Assembly: GCA_021802485.1 (NCBI GenBank)
Contig: JAJZXF010000004.1
Coordinates: forward strand, 1,162-65,161
DNA length: 64,000 bases
Source of the DNA: Actinomycetes bacterium
GTDB lineage: Bacteria > Actinomycetota > Acidimicrobiia > Acidimicrobiales > JAJZXF01
Direction of reading: 5' to 3'
In this document: positions 26,222-34,203 of the stretch, one piece after another
How positions within the stretch are numbered: the stretch's first letter is position 1
Layout of the letters: every line of letters starts with the position of its first letter
Translations under genes and position numbers: made by a program
The notes under the pieces: model-generated
Told to the model about the DNA's origin: nothing
Databases searched by the model: none
Seen by the model: the letters and a program-made list of their open reading frames with translations, nothing else

Positions 26222-27819
26222 GCGCCTTCTCCTGTCTCGTGCATCCAGGAGCGCAACAGGCCTGCGACCTCGTCAGGCTGGGAGTCTATGAAGTCCGTCA
26301 AGCTTGCCCCGATACCCCCGGGGCGCTGCGGAAGGAGTGCAAGGTCTTGATTGTCGCCCGCAGTGACCGGAAGCTCGCTCGTCGGGGGGCCCGTGATCGC
26401 CAAGGTGTCCATCCCGTTAAGGGATGCTGGGATCATCGCGAGTCCACGCCGGCGGGCTGACTTACGGCTCGATCTCCAGAGCATTAAAACCACGATCGCG
26501 ATGACAAGCAGTATTGCGAGTGCCTTGATCAGGTTCAGCAGCTGTGCTCTTTGCGCCGCGGCAGCCGCGCTGGCGGCTGCCGCCTGGGCTTGTGCCTGGG
26601 CTTGCGTCGAGAATCGCATTGTCTGCACGCTCAGGACATCGCCCCGTTTTGGCTGCACCCCAGCTGCAGCAGCGATGCTCGTGCGCAACGATGCGAGAGA
26701 GACGCCTCGCGGGAGGGAGTTCACCACGACAGATACACTCATGTGGTTGATCATGCCGGGAGGCTGGCTCACGGTCTGGTCTATCGATCCTGCGGTGTTG
26801 GTAGTCGACGTCTGAGTCTGGGTGTACGTACCGCTTTGTGGAACTGGCATGCCTGGTGCGGTAATCCCACCGAGAGCGCCGCCGGCGGTGGTGCCGGTGC
26901 CAGTGAAGGTCTGATGCGTGGATTGCGAGTTGATCGGGACGGTCACTGGCACCCCAGCAGGAGTTGTCTGGATCCCCTTTGTCGTCGTGGTTGTCGTAGC
27001 GTTATTGAGGCTTACGTTCACCGCGACCGTGGAATTGTTCGTTCCGAGTATGCGCCCGAGCATGCCTTCGATCGAGGCTTTGACCTGATTGTCAACTGCG
27101 AGAGCTGCGTTGCTCGCTGCACCTTGGCCGTTTGCTCCAGGTCCCGCTAGAAGGTTGCCGTTGGAGTCGACGATCGTGACGTTCGATGCGCTCAGGTTCG
27201 CGACGCTTGCTGAGACTAGGTGCACGATCGCTGCGACCTCGCCTGAGCTCAGCACCCCGCCCTGGGCCATGTCCACCAGCACGGAGGCAGACGGGGTCTG
27301 CTGCGGGCCGAGCGCAAAAGCCGATTGGCTCGGCAAGACGAGGCTCACTCGCGCCCCGGTGACGCCGTGGATCGCTTCGATGGTGCGGGTTAGCTCCCCT
27401 TGGAGTGCTTGCTGGTACTCGACTTGTTGGGTGAAGTGTGAAGTCGTGATGCCCTGCTTGTCCAGCAACGACAGCCCGACAGTCCCACCCGAGGGCAGGC
27501 CTTGCTGCGCCATGTCCAAGCGCTGCTGGTAGACCTCGTTCTGGGGCACGAGGATCGTGCTTCCGCCGTTTGCGAGCTGGTAGGGAACCTTGTTAGCGGT
27601 GAGCTTTGCGGTGATGCCTGCTGCGTCAGTCGGCTGAAGGTTGGTGAACAAGGGGCTCCAGGATGGCGTAGATGAGACGTTGACGAAGATGACAGCCGCG
27701 ACTATCACCGCGAGAAGTGCGACGATAGTGACTGCTTTTTGTCCAGTGGTGAATTCGTTCGAGAACCGCCGTACTGCCTGCTTGATCTGCTCGAGGTAGT
27801 CGTTCATTGATGCTGGCAT
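26218..27819 (-). CDS. fliF: Flagellar MS-ring protein FliF
   Basis: 533 aa. N-terminal TM, YscJ/FliF ring-building region (...GITTSHFTQQVEYQQALQGELTRTIEAIHGVTGARVSLVLP...), second TM, and a C-terminal FliG-binding tail. Confidence 0.93.
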   Translation of the reverse strand: MPASMNDYLEQIKQAVRRFSNEFTTGQKAVTIVALLAVIVAAVIFVNVSSTPSWSPLFTNLQPTDAAGITAKLTANKVPYQLANGGSTILVPQNEVYQQRLDMAQQGLPSGGTVGLSLLDKQGITTSHFTQQVEYQQALQGELTRTIEAIHGVTGARVSLVLPSQSAFALGPQQTPSASVLVDMAQGGVLSSGEVAAIVHLVSASVANLSASNVTIVDSNGNLLAGPGANGQGAASNAALAVDNQVKASIEGMLGRILGTNNSTVAVNVSLNNATTTTTTKGIQTTPAGVPVTVPINSQSTHQTFTGTGTTAGGALGGITAPGMPVPQSGTYTQTQTSTTNTAGSIDQTVSQPPGMINHMSVSVVVNSLPRGVSLASLRTSIAAAAGVQPKRGDVLSVQTMRFSTQAQAQAQAAAASAAAAAQRAQLLNLIKALAILLVIAIVVLMLWRSSRKSARRRGLAMIPASLNGMDTLAITGPPTSELPVTAGDNQDLALLPQRPGGIGASLTDFIDSQPDEVAGLLRSWMHETGEGA

Positions 27820-27832
27820 GCTGTCGTACCCC

Positions 27833-28141
27833 TCAGATCTGCATGTTCATTACGGCGTTGAAGGCACTTACAGCCTTGTTCGCTACGGTCATGGTCAACT
27901 GGGTGGAAAGAGATGCCTTCTCTGCCGCGATCATCATGTTTGGCAGGCTTCCCTGCCCTGATGCTGCGGAGAGCTCCTGAGCGTTGGCGGCATTCTGAGT
28001 GTTTTGCAGCCCGTCGAGCGCTTTTGCAAGCGATGCCATGAAGCCACTGGAGTTGCTCGCCGCGGCGGGTGACTTTTGGACAGCGGATGCGCCGGTTGGG
28101 GCCGGGATCGCAGGCAGCGACGGGATCGGCAGTACCCCCAC
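27833..28141 (-). CDS. fliE: Flagellar hook-basal body complex protein FliE
   Basis: 102 aa. C-terminus ...MMIAAEKASLSTQLTMTVANKAVSAFNAVMNMQI matches FliE. Located between flgC and fliF. Confidence 0.85.
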   Translation of the reverse strand: MGVLPIPSLPAIPAPTGASAVQKSPAAASNSSGFMASLAKALDGLQNTQNAANAQELSAASGQGSLPNMMIAAEKASLSTQLTMTVANKAVSAFNAVMNMQI

Positions 28142-28147
28142 TATTGA

Positions 28148-28558
28148 TCAGCTCCCGAGAGTCAGTGCGGACTGGTAGGCGCTGATCGCGTGTGTTGCGA
28201 CGGCGACGTTCGACTGGTAGCTGTCTTGAGCGATGACAAGGTTCACGAGCTGAGTGCCCATGCTGACCGATGGGTACTGCACGTAACCTTGGGCATTCGC
28301 ATACGGGCTCGCCGGATCGTACGCAAGCTTGCCTTTGGGGCCGAGCGCCACTCCTGCCATCGTCACTCCCGCAGCGACCCCGCCCGGCGGGTTGCCTGTT
28401 TGAGCCGGTACAGCGATTGGGGATTCAGAGCGATATCCTGGCTGGCCGACTGGGGAGATGTCGTTCGCGTTCGCTATGTTGCCGGCGATCATGTCCAGCC
28501 AGGTGTGGGCCATGTCCATTCCGGATGCGGCTATCGGCAGTGATTGGAACATGCTCAC
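28148..28558 (-). CDS. flgC: Flagellar proximal rod protein FlgC
   Basis: 136 aa. MSMFQSLPIAASGMDMAHTWLDMIAGNIANAND... and ...MGTQLVNLVIAQDSYQSNVAVATHAISAYQSAL. Confidence 0.93.
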   Translation of the reverse strand: MSMFQSLPIAASGMDMAHTWLDMIAGNIANANDISPVGQPGYRSESPIAVPAQTGNPPGGVAAGVTMAGVALGPKGKLAYDPASPYANAQGYVQYPSVSMGTQLVNLVIAQDSYQSNVAVATHAISAYQSALTLGS

Positions 28559-28905
28559 GTGAAGCTGCCTCCGAGCGAACCGCGCACCAGGCGGATCTGC
28601 GCGTTGAGCGCATTGACCATGGTCTGGTACTGGAGGGTGACTTTTTCCGCTGCAATGAGCTCCGCTGAGAGGTTGACGTTGTTCCCGTCGCTCGCAGGAG
28701 GGGCATTGGATGCCATCTCGGTTGCCGTTGCGGTTGCAGTCGATCCGGGCGAGGAAAGCGCCTGTGTGAGAGACCGCTCGAAGCTCACCCCAGTTGCCGT
28801 GTACCCCGGCGTCGCGTAGTTCGCGATGTTGTTTGCAATTGCCTGTTGCCTGAGCGACAAGCTGTCGATAGAGAACTGGAGCACGTTAACGACCGAGCTC
28901 TGCAT
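28555..28905 (-). CDS. flgB: Flagellar proximal rod protein FlgB
   Basis: The ATG at 28905, 9 nt after AGGAG, gives MQSSVVNVLQFSIDSLSLRQQAIANNIANYATPGY... The C-terminus is NNVNLSAELIAAEKVTLQYQTMVNAL. The track TTG start (28914) is less likely. Confidence 0.9.
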   Translation of the reverse strand: MQSSVVNVLQFSIDSLSLRQQAIANNIANYATPGYTATGVSFERSLTQALSSPGSTATATATEMASNAPPASDGNNVNLSAELIAAEKVTLQYQTMVNALNAQIRLVRGSLGGSFT

Positions 28906-29013
28906 TCTGCACAACTCCTAAGGCTTTTCAAGGGCACGACAAAAATCGCCGTACCGGCTTCGCAGCCATCGTGGCCCTCCGTTGTGAGCAGTCCGTGCTT
29001 CCTTACGAAGTAT

Positions 29014-29041
29014 GTATCGGAAGCGATCGCTCTGTCCTTGA
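29014..29041 (-). promoter_or_regulatory. Candidate sigma-28-type promoter upstream of flgB
   Basis: Minus strand reads TCAA (29041-29038), 16-nt spacer, TCCGATAC (29021-29014), about 108 nt upstream of the flgB ATG. This is the weakest -10 of the five sites. Confidence 0.3.
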
Positions 29042-29178
29042 GCGCATCTCGGGAGAAATTTCTTTTGCCAGGTCCTGCCAGCAGAGCCGTCAAAGCGTGA
29101 TCGGCGTTATCCGCCCTGCTTGCAGCGTGAATACCCGGCGTAGTCATGGATCAGTGGACATCCCAAGCGATCTGCCGA

Positions 29179-29325
29179 TCAGACCCGTACGACCCGAAGG
29201 CCGGGAATGTCATCGTAGTCGCCGTCTTGGGATGCCACCGCCAGGTCGTTGGCGATAGCCGTCGCCGCGATCCACGAGTCGTTGATCGGAATGTTCCTGC
29301 CAGTGTCGCTAAGGGCTAGCAACTG
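29179..29325 (-). pseudogene. C-terminal remnant of a PIN-domain (VapC-type) toxin
   Basis: Minus-strand translation QLLALSDTGRNIPINDSWIAATAIANDLAVASQDGDYDDIPGLRVVRV* carries the VapC C-terminal pattern (G..I..ND.WIAATAI....L.....D.D...IPGL). No matching N-terminal PIN half is present. Confidence 0.6.
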
Positions 29326-29332
29326 CTAGCCC
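29313..29332. repeat. Near-perfect palindrome GGGCTAGCA-AC-TGCTAGCCC at the junction between the 77-codon ORF and the PIN remnant
   Basis: 29313-29321 pairs with 29324-29332 (9 bp). It contains two CTAG tetranucleotides, one of which supplies the TAG stop at 29326-29328. Confidence 0.8.
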
Positions 29333-29559
29333 CTTCCCCGTCTGGCGTCGTAGCCCTCGGCCCGCTGCGCCTCCACCGCTCGCTCGACCAGCTGGAGCGG
29401 GCCCGCGCGGTAGGGATCGATGGTGACGCTCACGTGGTCTCTGTAGCGGCGATGCCAGTCGACAAGGTACATCTCCTCGGTCCGGAGGCCGTCCACTAAG
29501 TCTAGCAGCTCCCGGCGGAGCTCGGCCGCCGACACGCGGCGACCCGTTCCCGCCGCCAC
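29326..29559 (-). CDS. Hypothetical 77-aa protein, in the same reading frame as the downstream PIN remnant
   Basis: The GTG start abuts the stop of the AAA_21 gene. The sequence (VSAAELRRELLDLVDGL...MYLVDWHRRY...) is not recognisably any family. It may be part of a nonsense-inactivated or fused toxin/antitoxin remnant. Confidence 0.35.
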   Translation of the reverse strand: MAAGTGRRVSAAELRRELLDLVDGLRTEEMYLVDWHRRYRDHVSVTIDPYRAGPLQLVERAVEAQRAEGYDARRGRG

Positions 29560-30880
29560 TCACGTCCGATCGCCAGAGGCGATGAGCTCGGCTACGGCGT
29601 CGAACTCCTGGCGCGACAGGATCGGCGTCGCACCGTAACGGCCCGACAGGTACCGGCGACCGACCTCCTCTTCCTTGCGCGGGTCGAGGTCGGCCAGCGC
29701 GTACAGGCGGGTGCTGCCGTCCGCCCGCTTCTCGGTGAACCAGATCTGGTCGCGGCCGAGCAAGCGATCACCGGTCGAGTCGCCGAGCAGCGCGGCATCG
29801 TGGGAGTTGAACACGAGCTGGGCGCTGCGAGGGTTCGTCGCCGGGTCCTGGAATAGGCGGACCAGCTCAGCAACGAGGGCGGGGTGCAAGCTGGCATCGA
29901 GCTCATCAGCCAGGAATACCGCACCGTCGGCGAGGGCCTCGACTACTGGGCCGGCGAGGCCGAACCACACGAGGGTGCCGAGCGACTCGTCGCCTGCGTC
30001 GAGCTCGACCTCCCCGCCGACGCCTCGGTGGAGGAGTCGGACCCCGAGCTCAGCAAAGGTGGGCCCCTTCTCCGAGCCGTCGGGCTCGCCCTCAACCCCG
30101 ACGAGGATCCGCGCGGCGCGCTGGAGACGATCCTTTATCACCGGGTCGAGGTCGTGCTTCCTTGCTCCCGTGACGCCGAGGTCAGCGGCCCGCAGCAGCG
30201 CAAGCACCTGCTCGCTCCGGGCACCCTGGTCGAGCAACTGGTTCGTGAGCGCCTGGCGGAACGGCCGGCCTGTGCGCCTCGGCGAGGCGCAGGTTGCGTT
30301 CGAACCACCCGTACAGCGGGAGTAGCGCCGGGTGGTTGGCCGACGCCGCGGTCGAAAGGAACAACGCGTTCGGTCGGAGCAACTCTGTCACGGCTCGGCC
30401 TTTGGCCCGTTCGCCGGCCCCGAGGTCGACCTGGTCGCGTTGACGGCGGAAGAGCAGCGCCGCCTTCCCATGCGGGTAGCGGTAGGCCCACTCTTGGAGA
30501 ACCCGCTCATCGTCGAGCACGAAGCCGTACTCATGGCGGACGCCGGCGAGCACGAGATCGACCTCGAAACGCGAGGGCGACCGCCGCGCCTCGGGGTCGA
30601 GCAAGAACGGCCGCCGGGCGATCCCGCCGGTGGGGCTCCCCGCCCGGAAGGAGCGCAGGACGTGCACTCGCATGTCTTCCATCGCCTTCACGAGGTTAGA
30701 CTTGCCGGACGCGTTCGCGCCGAACACCCCGGCCGCCGGCAGCACCCCGGCCGGCCGGCCACCCTCTCGCCACGGCACTTGGCGCACCACCTCCTTCTCG
30801 GCTATGGCCGACGCCACCAGGGAGAGCTCGAACTCGTCGCGAAACGACCGGACGTTCTCGCTCCGGAAGGCGAGCAGCAC
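29560..30880 (-). pseudogene. AAA_21/ABC-type ATPase of the abortive-infection class, inactivated by a frameshift
   Basis: Two overlapping ORFs (30182-30880 and 29560-30237) together make one protein. The N-half has FRSENVRSFRDEFELSL...GVFGANASGKSNLVKAME (Walker A). The C-half has VFLADELDASLHPALV (Walker B/D-loop) and ...LLGRDQIWFTEKRADGSTRLYALADL...YLSGRYGATP. The frames switch near 30265-30285. Confidence 0.75.
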
Positions 30881-31139
30881 CGAAGCGTCACGACCCAGGT
30901 TGTGCTCTTCATAGAGGGATTAGTGCAGGAAACCATCGTGATTGCCAGTCTGATACTGAAGAAGGTGCTCACATGGTTCGGGCTGACGTGCGGAGCGACT
31001 GGAGAGCTATGCCGTTCGCGTGCGACAACTTGGTCGAAACGGACACGAGGTCTGACTGCGGCTCACACCGGAGACGCCAGCGCCCGCGGCTCACGCCTCA
31101 GTCGAGCCCGTGGAGAGTCGGACGGACCGGCCCCCGGAC

Positions 31140-31590
31140 CGACGAGGACTGGGATGCCCATGTCGTGGACTCGATCCAGCCAGCTGTTTCATACCTGCGA
31201 GACGCTCTTCGAAAAGACAATGGCGCAGAGAACGTTCTAGCGTGCCTGGTCGAACTGATCGAGCGAGTACCACCCGAACTGCGCAGAACCCTCACATGGG
31301 ACAAGGGCCGCGAGATAGCGCGCTGTCCCGAGCTCGTCGAGCTCTCCGGCATCGCTGTCTACTTCGCCGAGCCGGACAGCCCTTGGCAGCGGCCGAGCAC
31401 CGAGGCGTTCAACGGCCTGGTATGTCGCTCGTTGCCGAAGTCCCCCGATCCGTCGGTCTACGACCAAGACGACCTCGATCGAATCAGCCGCTAGATCAAC
31501 CTCACGCCCCGTCGTTCACTCGGGTGGCAGAGTGCCAACGCCCGCTATCATAGGGTCGTCGTTGCCCTCACCGGTTGAGATGGGCAACAG
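31140..31590 (+). pseudogene. IS30-family transposase remnant (C-terminal catalytic region, in-frame stop)
   Basis: ...VELIERVPPELRRTLTWDKGREIARCPELVELSGIAVYFAEPDSPWQRPSTEAFNGLVCRSLPKSPD...DLDRISR*INLTPRRSLGW follows the IS30 pattern (TWDNG.E...VYFA.P.SPWQRG.NEN.NGLLRQY.PKG.DLS....LN.RPRK.LG) with many substitutions. No N-terminal HTH half is present. Confidence 0.65.
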
Positions 31591-31686
31591 AGACCTTGGC
31601 TCGCAACTCCTGGCCGTCGGCCTGGCTGGCGGCGTCACAACGGAAACCCATCAACGCATCCCAAGTGTCGACGGTGATAACATTAG

Positions 31687-32838
31687 GTGGTTGACCCGAA
31701 TGCCGACATGTCCGGAGTGGATGTGACAGCTGAGACTGACGGTCTCGCACGAGCCCAATTGCTCCTATCAACGGGGCGCTACCAAGATGCATCCGCGCTT
31801 GCCTATCAGTGCGCTGCATCCAAGCCGGGCGATCCTCGACCATTGATCATCGCAGCGTGGGCTGAGATCGGACTCCGAAGATTCGACGCTGGTGAGCAAG
31901 CTGCGCGGGCTGCTATTGCCGTCGCACCTACCCTGGCGGAAGCTCACCGGGCGCTGGTTGCGGTCCTGACTAACCGTGCGTACAGTGCTGGGCGATACGC
32001 GACCGGGCAAGCAGGACGACGCGCTGTTGCCGCTGCCAAACGCCTCGTTCGGCTCGCACCAACCGAGGTGTCCTCGCATTGGGCCTTGATTGATTCCTGC
32101 GTTGCAGCGAGCCGAGTACGGTCCGCCGTCGCCGCGTCTAACACCGCACTTGCCATGGCCCCGGAGTCGACTCATACGTGGTTTCTTCGTGGCCGTGCTG
32201 CGCGACTTGCCGGTGACCTCCAGGTGGCCGAGTCGGCAATTCGCGAGGCTTTGCGCTTAGAGCCAGACAGCTACGAAGCCAACAACGAGCTCGGAATCAT
32301 CATGAGGGGCCGTGGACGTACCGCCCAGGCTCTGCAGCAGCTCACATCAACCGCATCCATGAACCCAATAGCGCGGCCTGCTCGGGCCAATCTGGTCCGC
32401 TACGGAGCCGCACCCTTCCAAGTCATAATCCTTCTGCTCACATTGCCCATATTGCTGGTCGTACACCCCATCATCGTATGGATTTTGGTGTCGATTGCGA
32501 TCAATACGGCACTGTGGAGGTTCGAGCCGACAAAGCGACGGCTCGAACGTCGGGCCCTGGCAATAGCGATCTGGCGAAGCCGTCGACCAGCTAGGCGCTC
32601 ACAACGCAAAGAAGCCCTTGTGCCACCCCACACCCCGATCCAGAGCTACCGGAACAACCGCACAGTGCTCGTTCTGTCCCTCTTGTTTCTCATCTGGATG
32701 TCCGCGCTGGCAACGGGTGCTGCTGCTCAACTCGCTCCCGATTTCCTTCCGCTATGTCTTTTCATTGATGTCCCGACTTGTGCATTCGCCTGGTTCGTCT
32801 ACAAGAGATTCCGGCCAAGACCAGCTGTGGAGCCATGA
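31687..32838 (+). CDS. TPR-repeat protein with C-terminal 4-TM membrane domain
   Basis: 383 aa. About 230 aa of TPR-like helical repeats, then two TM hairpins (QVIILLLTLPILLVVHPIIVWILVSIAINTALW and VLVLSLLFLIWMSALATGAAAQL...CAFAWFVYKRF) separated by an Arg-rich loop. Confidence 0.7.
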   Translation: MVDPNADMSGVDVTAETDGLARAQLLLSTGRYQDASALAYQCAASKPGDPRPLIIAAWAEIGLRRFDAGEQAARAAIAVAPTLAEAHRALVAVLTNRAYSAGRYATGQAGRRAVAAAKRLVRLAPTEVSSHWALIDSCVAASRVRSAVAASNTALAMAPESTHTWFLRGRAARLAGDLQVAESAIREALRLEPDSYEANNELGIIMRGRGRTAQALQQLTSTASMNPIARPARANLVRYGAAPFQVIILLLTLPILLVVHPIIVWILVSIAINTALWRFEPTKRRLERRALAIAIWRSRRPARRSQRKEALVPPHTPIQSYRNNRTVLVLSLLFLIWMSALATGAAAQLAPDFLPLCLFIDVPTCAFAWFVYKRFRPRPAVEP

Positions 32839-34103
32839 CCAGCGAAGACTTCCCGCCTCTATTGCAGAGTCTGTTGTCTGCAGTATCGAACGCCCCCCAG
32901 GATGTGGCGCTCCGCGTCCACGTCGCACGGCTTCTCTTCGAGGCCGGACACGCCGCCCAAGCCCTTGAGCATTGCGGCGCCGCACTTCAAATCGATCCGA
33001 GGAATCCCGAGGCAGCTGACCTGTTGTCACGCATCACGACGACCCTCACCGACAAACCCAAGGCAGGATCGCCGCCATCCCTATCACCTTCCCGACGGTC
33101 TGAGCGAGGACCAGCCACAAGCCAGCCTCCGCTCGGAGACGGCTTCGACTGGGAGCACGCCGAGCAACAGATGGCTTCCCCTGAGCCTTCGGTCGCTGCT
33201 GCGCCGCCGAATTCTCCACACGACCCAACGGTCGAGCGTCCCCAGGTCCGCCTCGCTGACGTAGGCGGGATGGAGGGTGTCAAACATGAGATAGAAGTTT
33301 CGTTCCTGCTCCCGATGCTGCAACCGGAACTTCGAGCGACCTACAACGCCACCGTCGGAGGCGGACTGCTGCTCTACGGTCCACCGGGCTGCGGAAAGAC
33401 GTTCATCGCCCGAGCACTCGCCGGAGAGCTCGGCGCCTGCTTCGCAGCGGTCTCACTCGCCGACGTGCTCGACATGTGGTTGGGACAGAGCGAAAAAAAC
33501 GTACACGCTCTCTTCGAACAGGCCCGCTCAAATCGGCCGGCCGTTATCTTCTTGGACGAGGTAGACGCCATTGGACAGAAGCGGGCCAATCTTCGAAACA
33601 ATCCCACGTTACGCGGAACTGTAAATCAGCTGCTATCAGAGATGGACGGCGCCACCAGCCTCAATGATGGAATCTTCGTCCTCGCCGCAACAAACCAACC
33701 TTGGGATGTCGACCCCGCGCTCCGCCGGCCTGGCCGGTTCGACCGTACCCTTTTCGTCTCACCTCCCGATCGCCCCGCGCGCGAAGCCATACTTCGATTC
33801 CATCTCCAGGGTCGACCTCTTGGGAGCATCGACTTTGGCCGGCTCAGTCGTGACACCGAGAATTTCTCTGGGGCCGACCTGGCTCATCTCTGCACACTCG
33901 CTACTCGATCAGCCCTCACCCAGGCAGCCAGAACGCACGCGGTACAACCGATCACCATGGCCGAACTTGAGGCGGCTCGACGCCAACTGAAGCCATCGAC
34001 CTTGGAATGGTTCGCCACTGCACGCCACGCTGCGACGTTTGCCAACACCGACGGCACGTACGACGACCTGATCGCCCACCTTAAGTCCCGAAAGCTCTGG
34101 TAG
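32835..34103 (+). CDS. TPR-domain AAA+ ATPase (classical-clade, CDC48/FtsH-like single AAA module)
   Basis: The ATG at 32835 overlaps the upstream stop (ATGA). TPR-like N-domain, Pro/Ser linker, Walker A LLLYGPPGCGKTF, pore loop MWLGQSE, Walker B VIFLDEVDAIG, SRH VLAATNQPWDVDPALRRPGRFDR, and lid FSGADLAHLC. Confidence 0.85.
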   Translation: MTSEDFPPLLQSLLSAVSNAPQDVALRVHVARLLFEAGHAAQALEHCGAALQIDPRNPEAADLLSRITTTLTDKPKAGSPPSLSPSRRSERGPATSQPPLGDGFDWEHAEQQMASPEPSVAAAPPNSPHDPTVERPQVRLADVGGMEGVKHEIEVSFLLPMLQPELRATYNATVGGGLLLYGPPGCGKTFIARALAGELGACFAAVSLADVLDMWLGQSEKNVHALFEQARSNRPAVIFLDEVDAIGQKRANLRNNPTLRGTVNQLLSEMDGATSLNDGIFVLAATNQPWDVDPALRRPGRFDRTLFVSPPDRPAREAILRFHLQGRPLGSIDFGRLSRDTENFSGADLAHLCTLATRSALTQAARTHAVQPITMAELEAARRQLKPSTLEWFATARHAATFANTDGTYDDLIAHLKSRKLW

Positions 34104-34203
34104 CTAGCGGGACTTTCCGGGCTATCTCGTGAGGACGCTCCATTTGCCCAGATAGAACGCGGGATTCGTAGCGTAGGTTTGTAGTACCTAGGTCCTGGCT
34201 TAC

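Noticed and set aside
28785-29147. 120-aa minus-strand ORF spanning the flgB start and its upstream region.
   Set aside because: It overlaps flgB out of frame and has no family features. The region is better explained as the flgB 5' UTR plus promoter.
28915-29180. A second GCCGATCA box (minus strand, about 29110) upstream of flgB.
   Set aside because: There is no TCAA/TAAA-like -35 at 15-16 nt spacing. The site at 29014-29041 fits the shared motif better.
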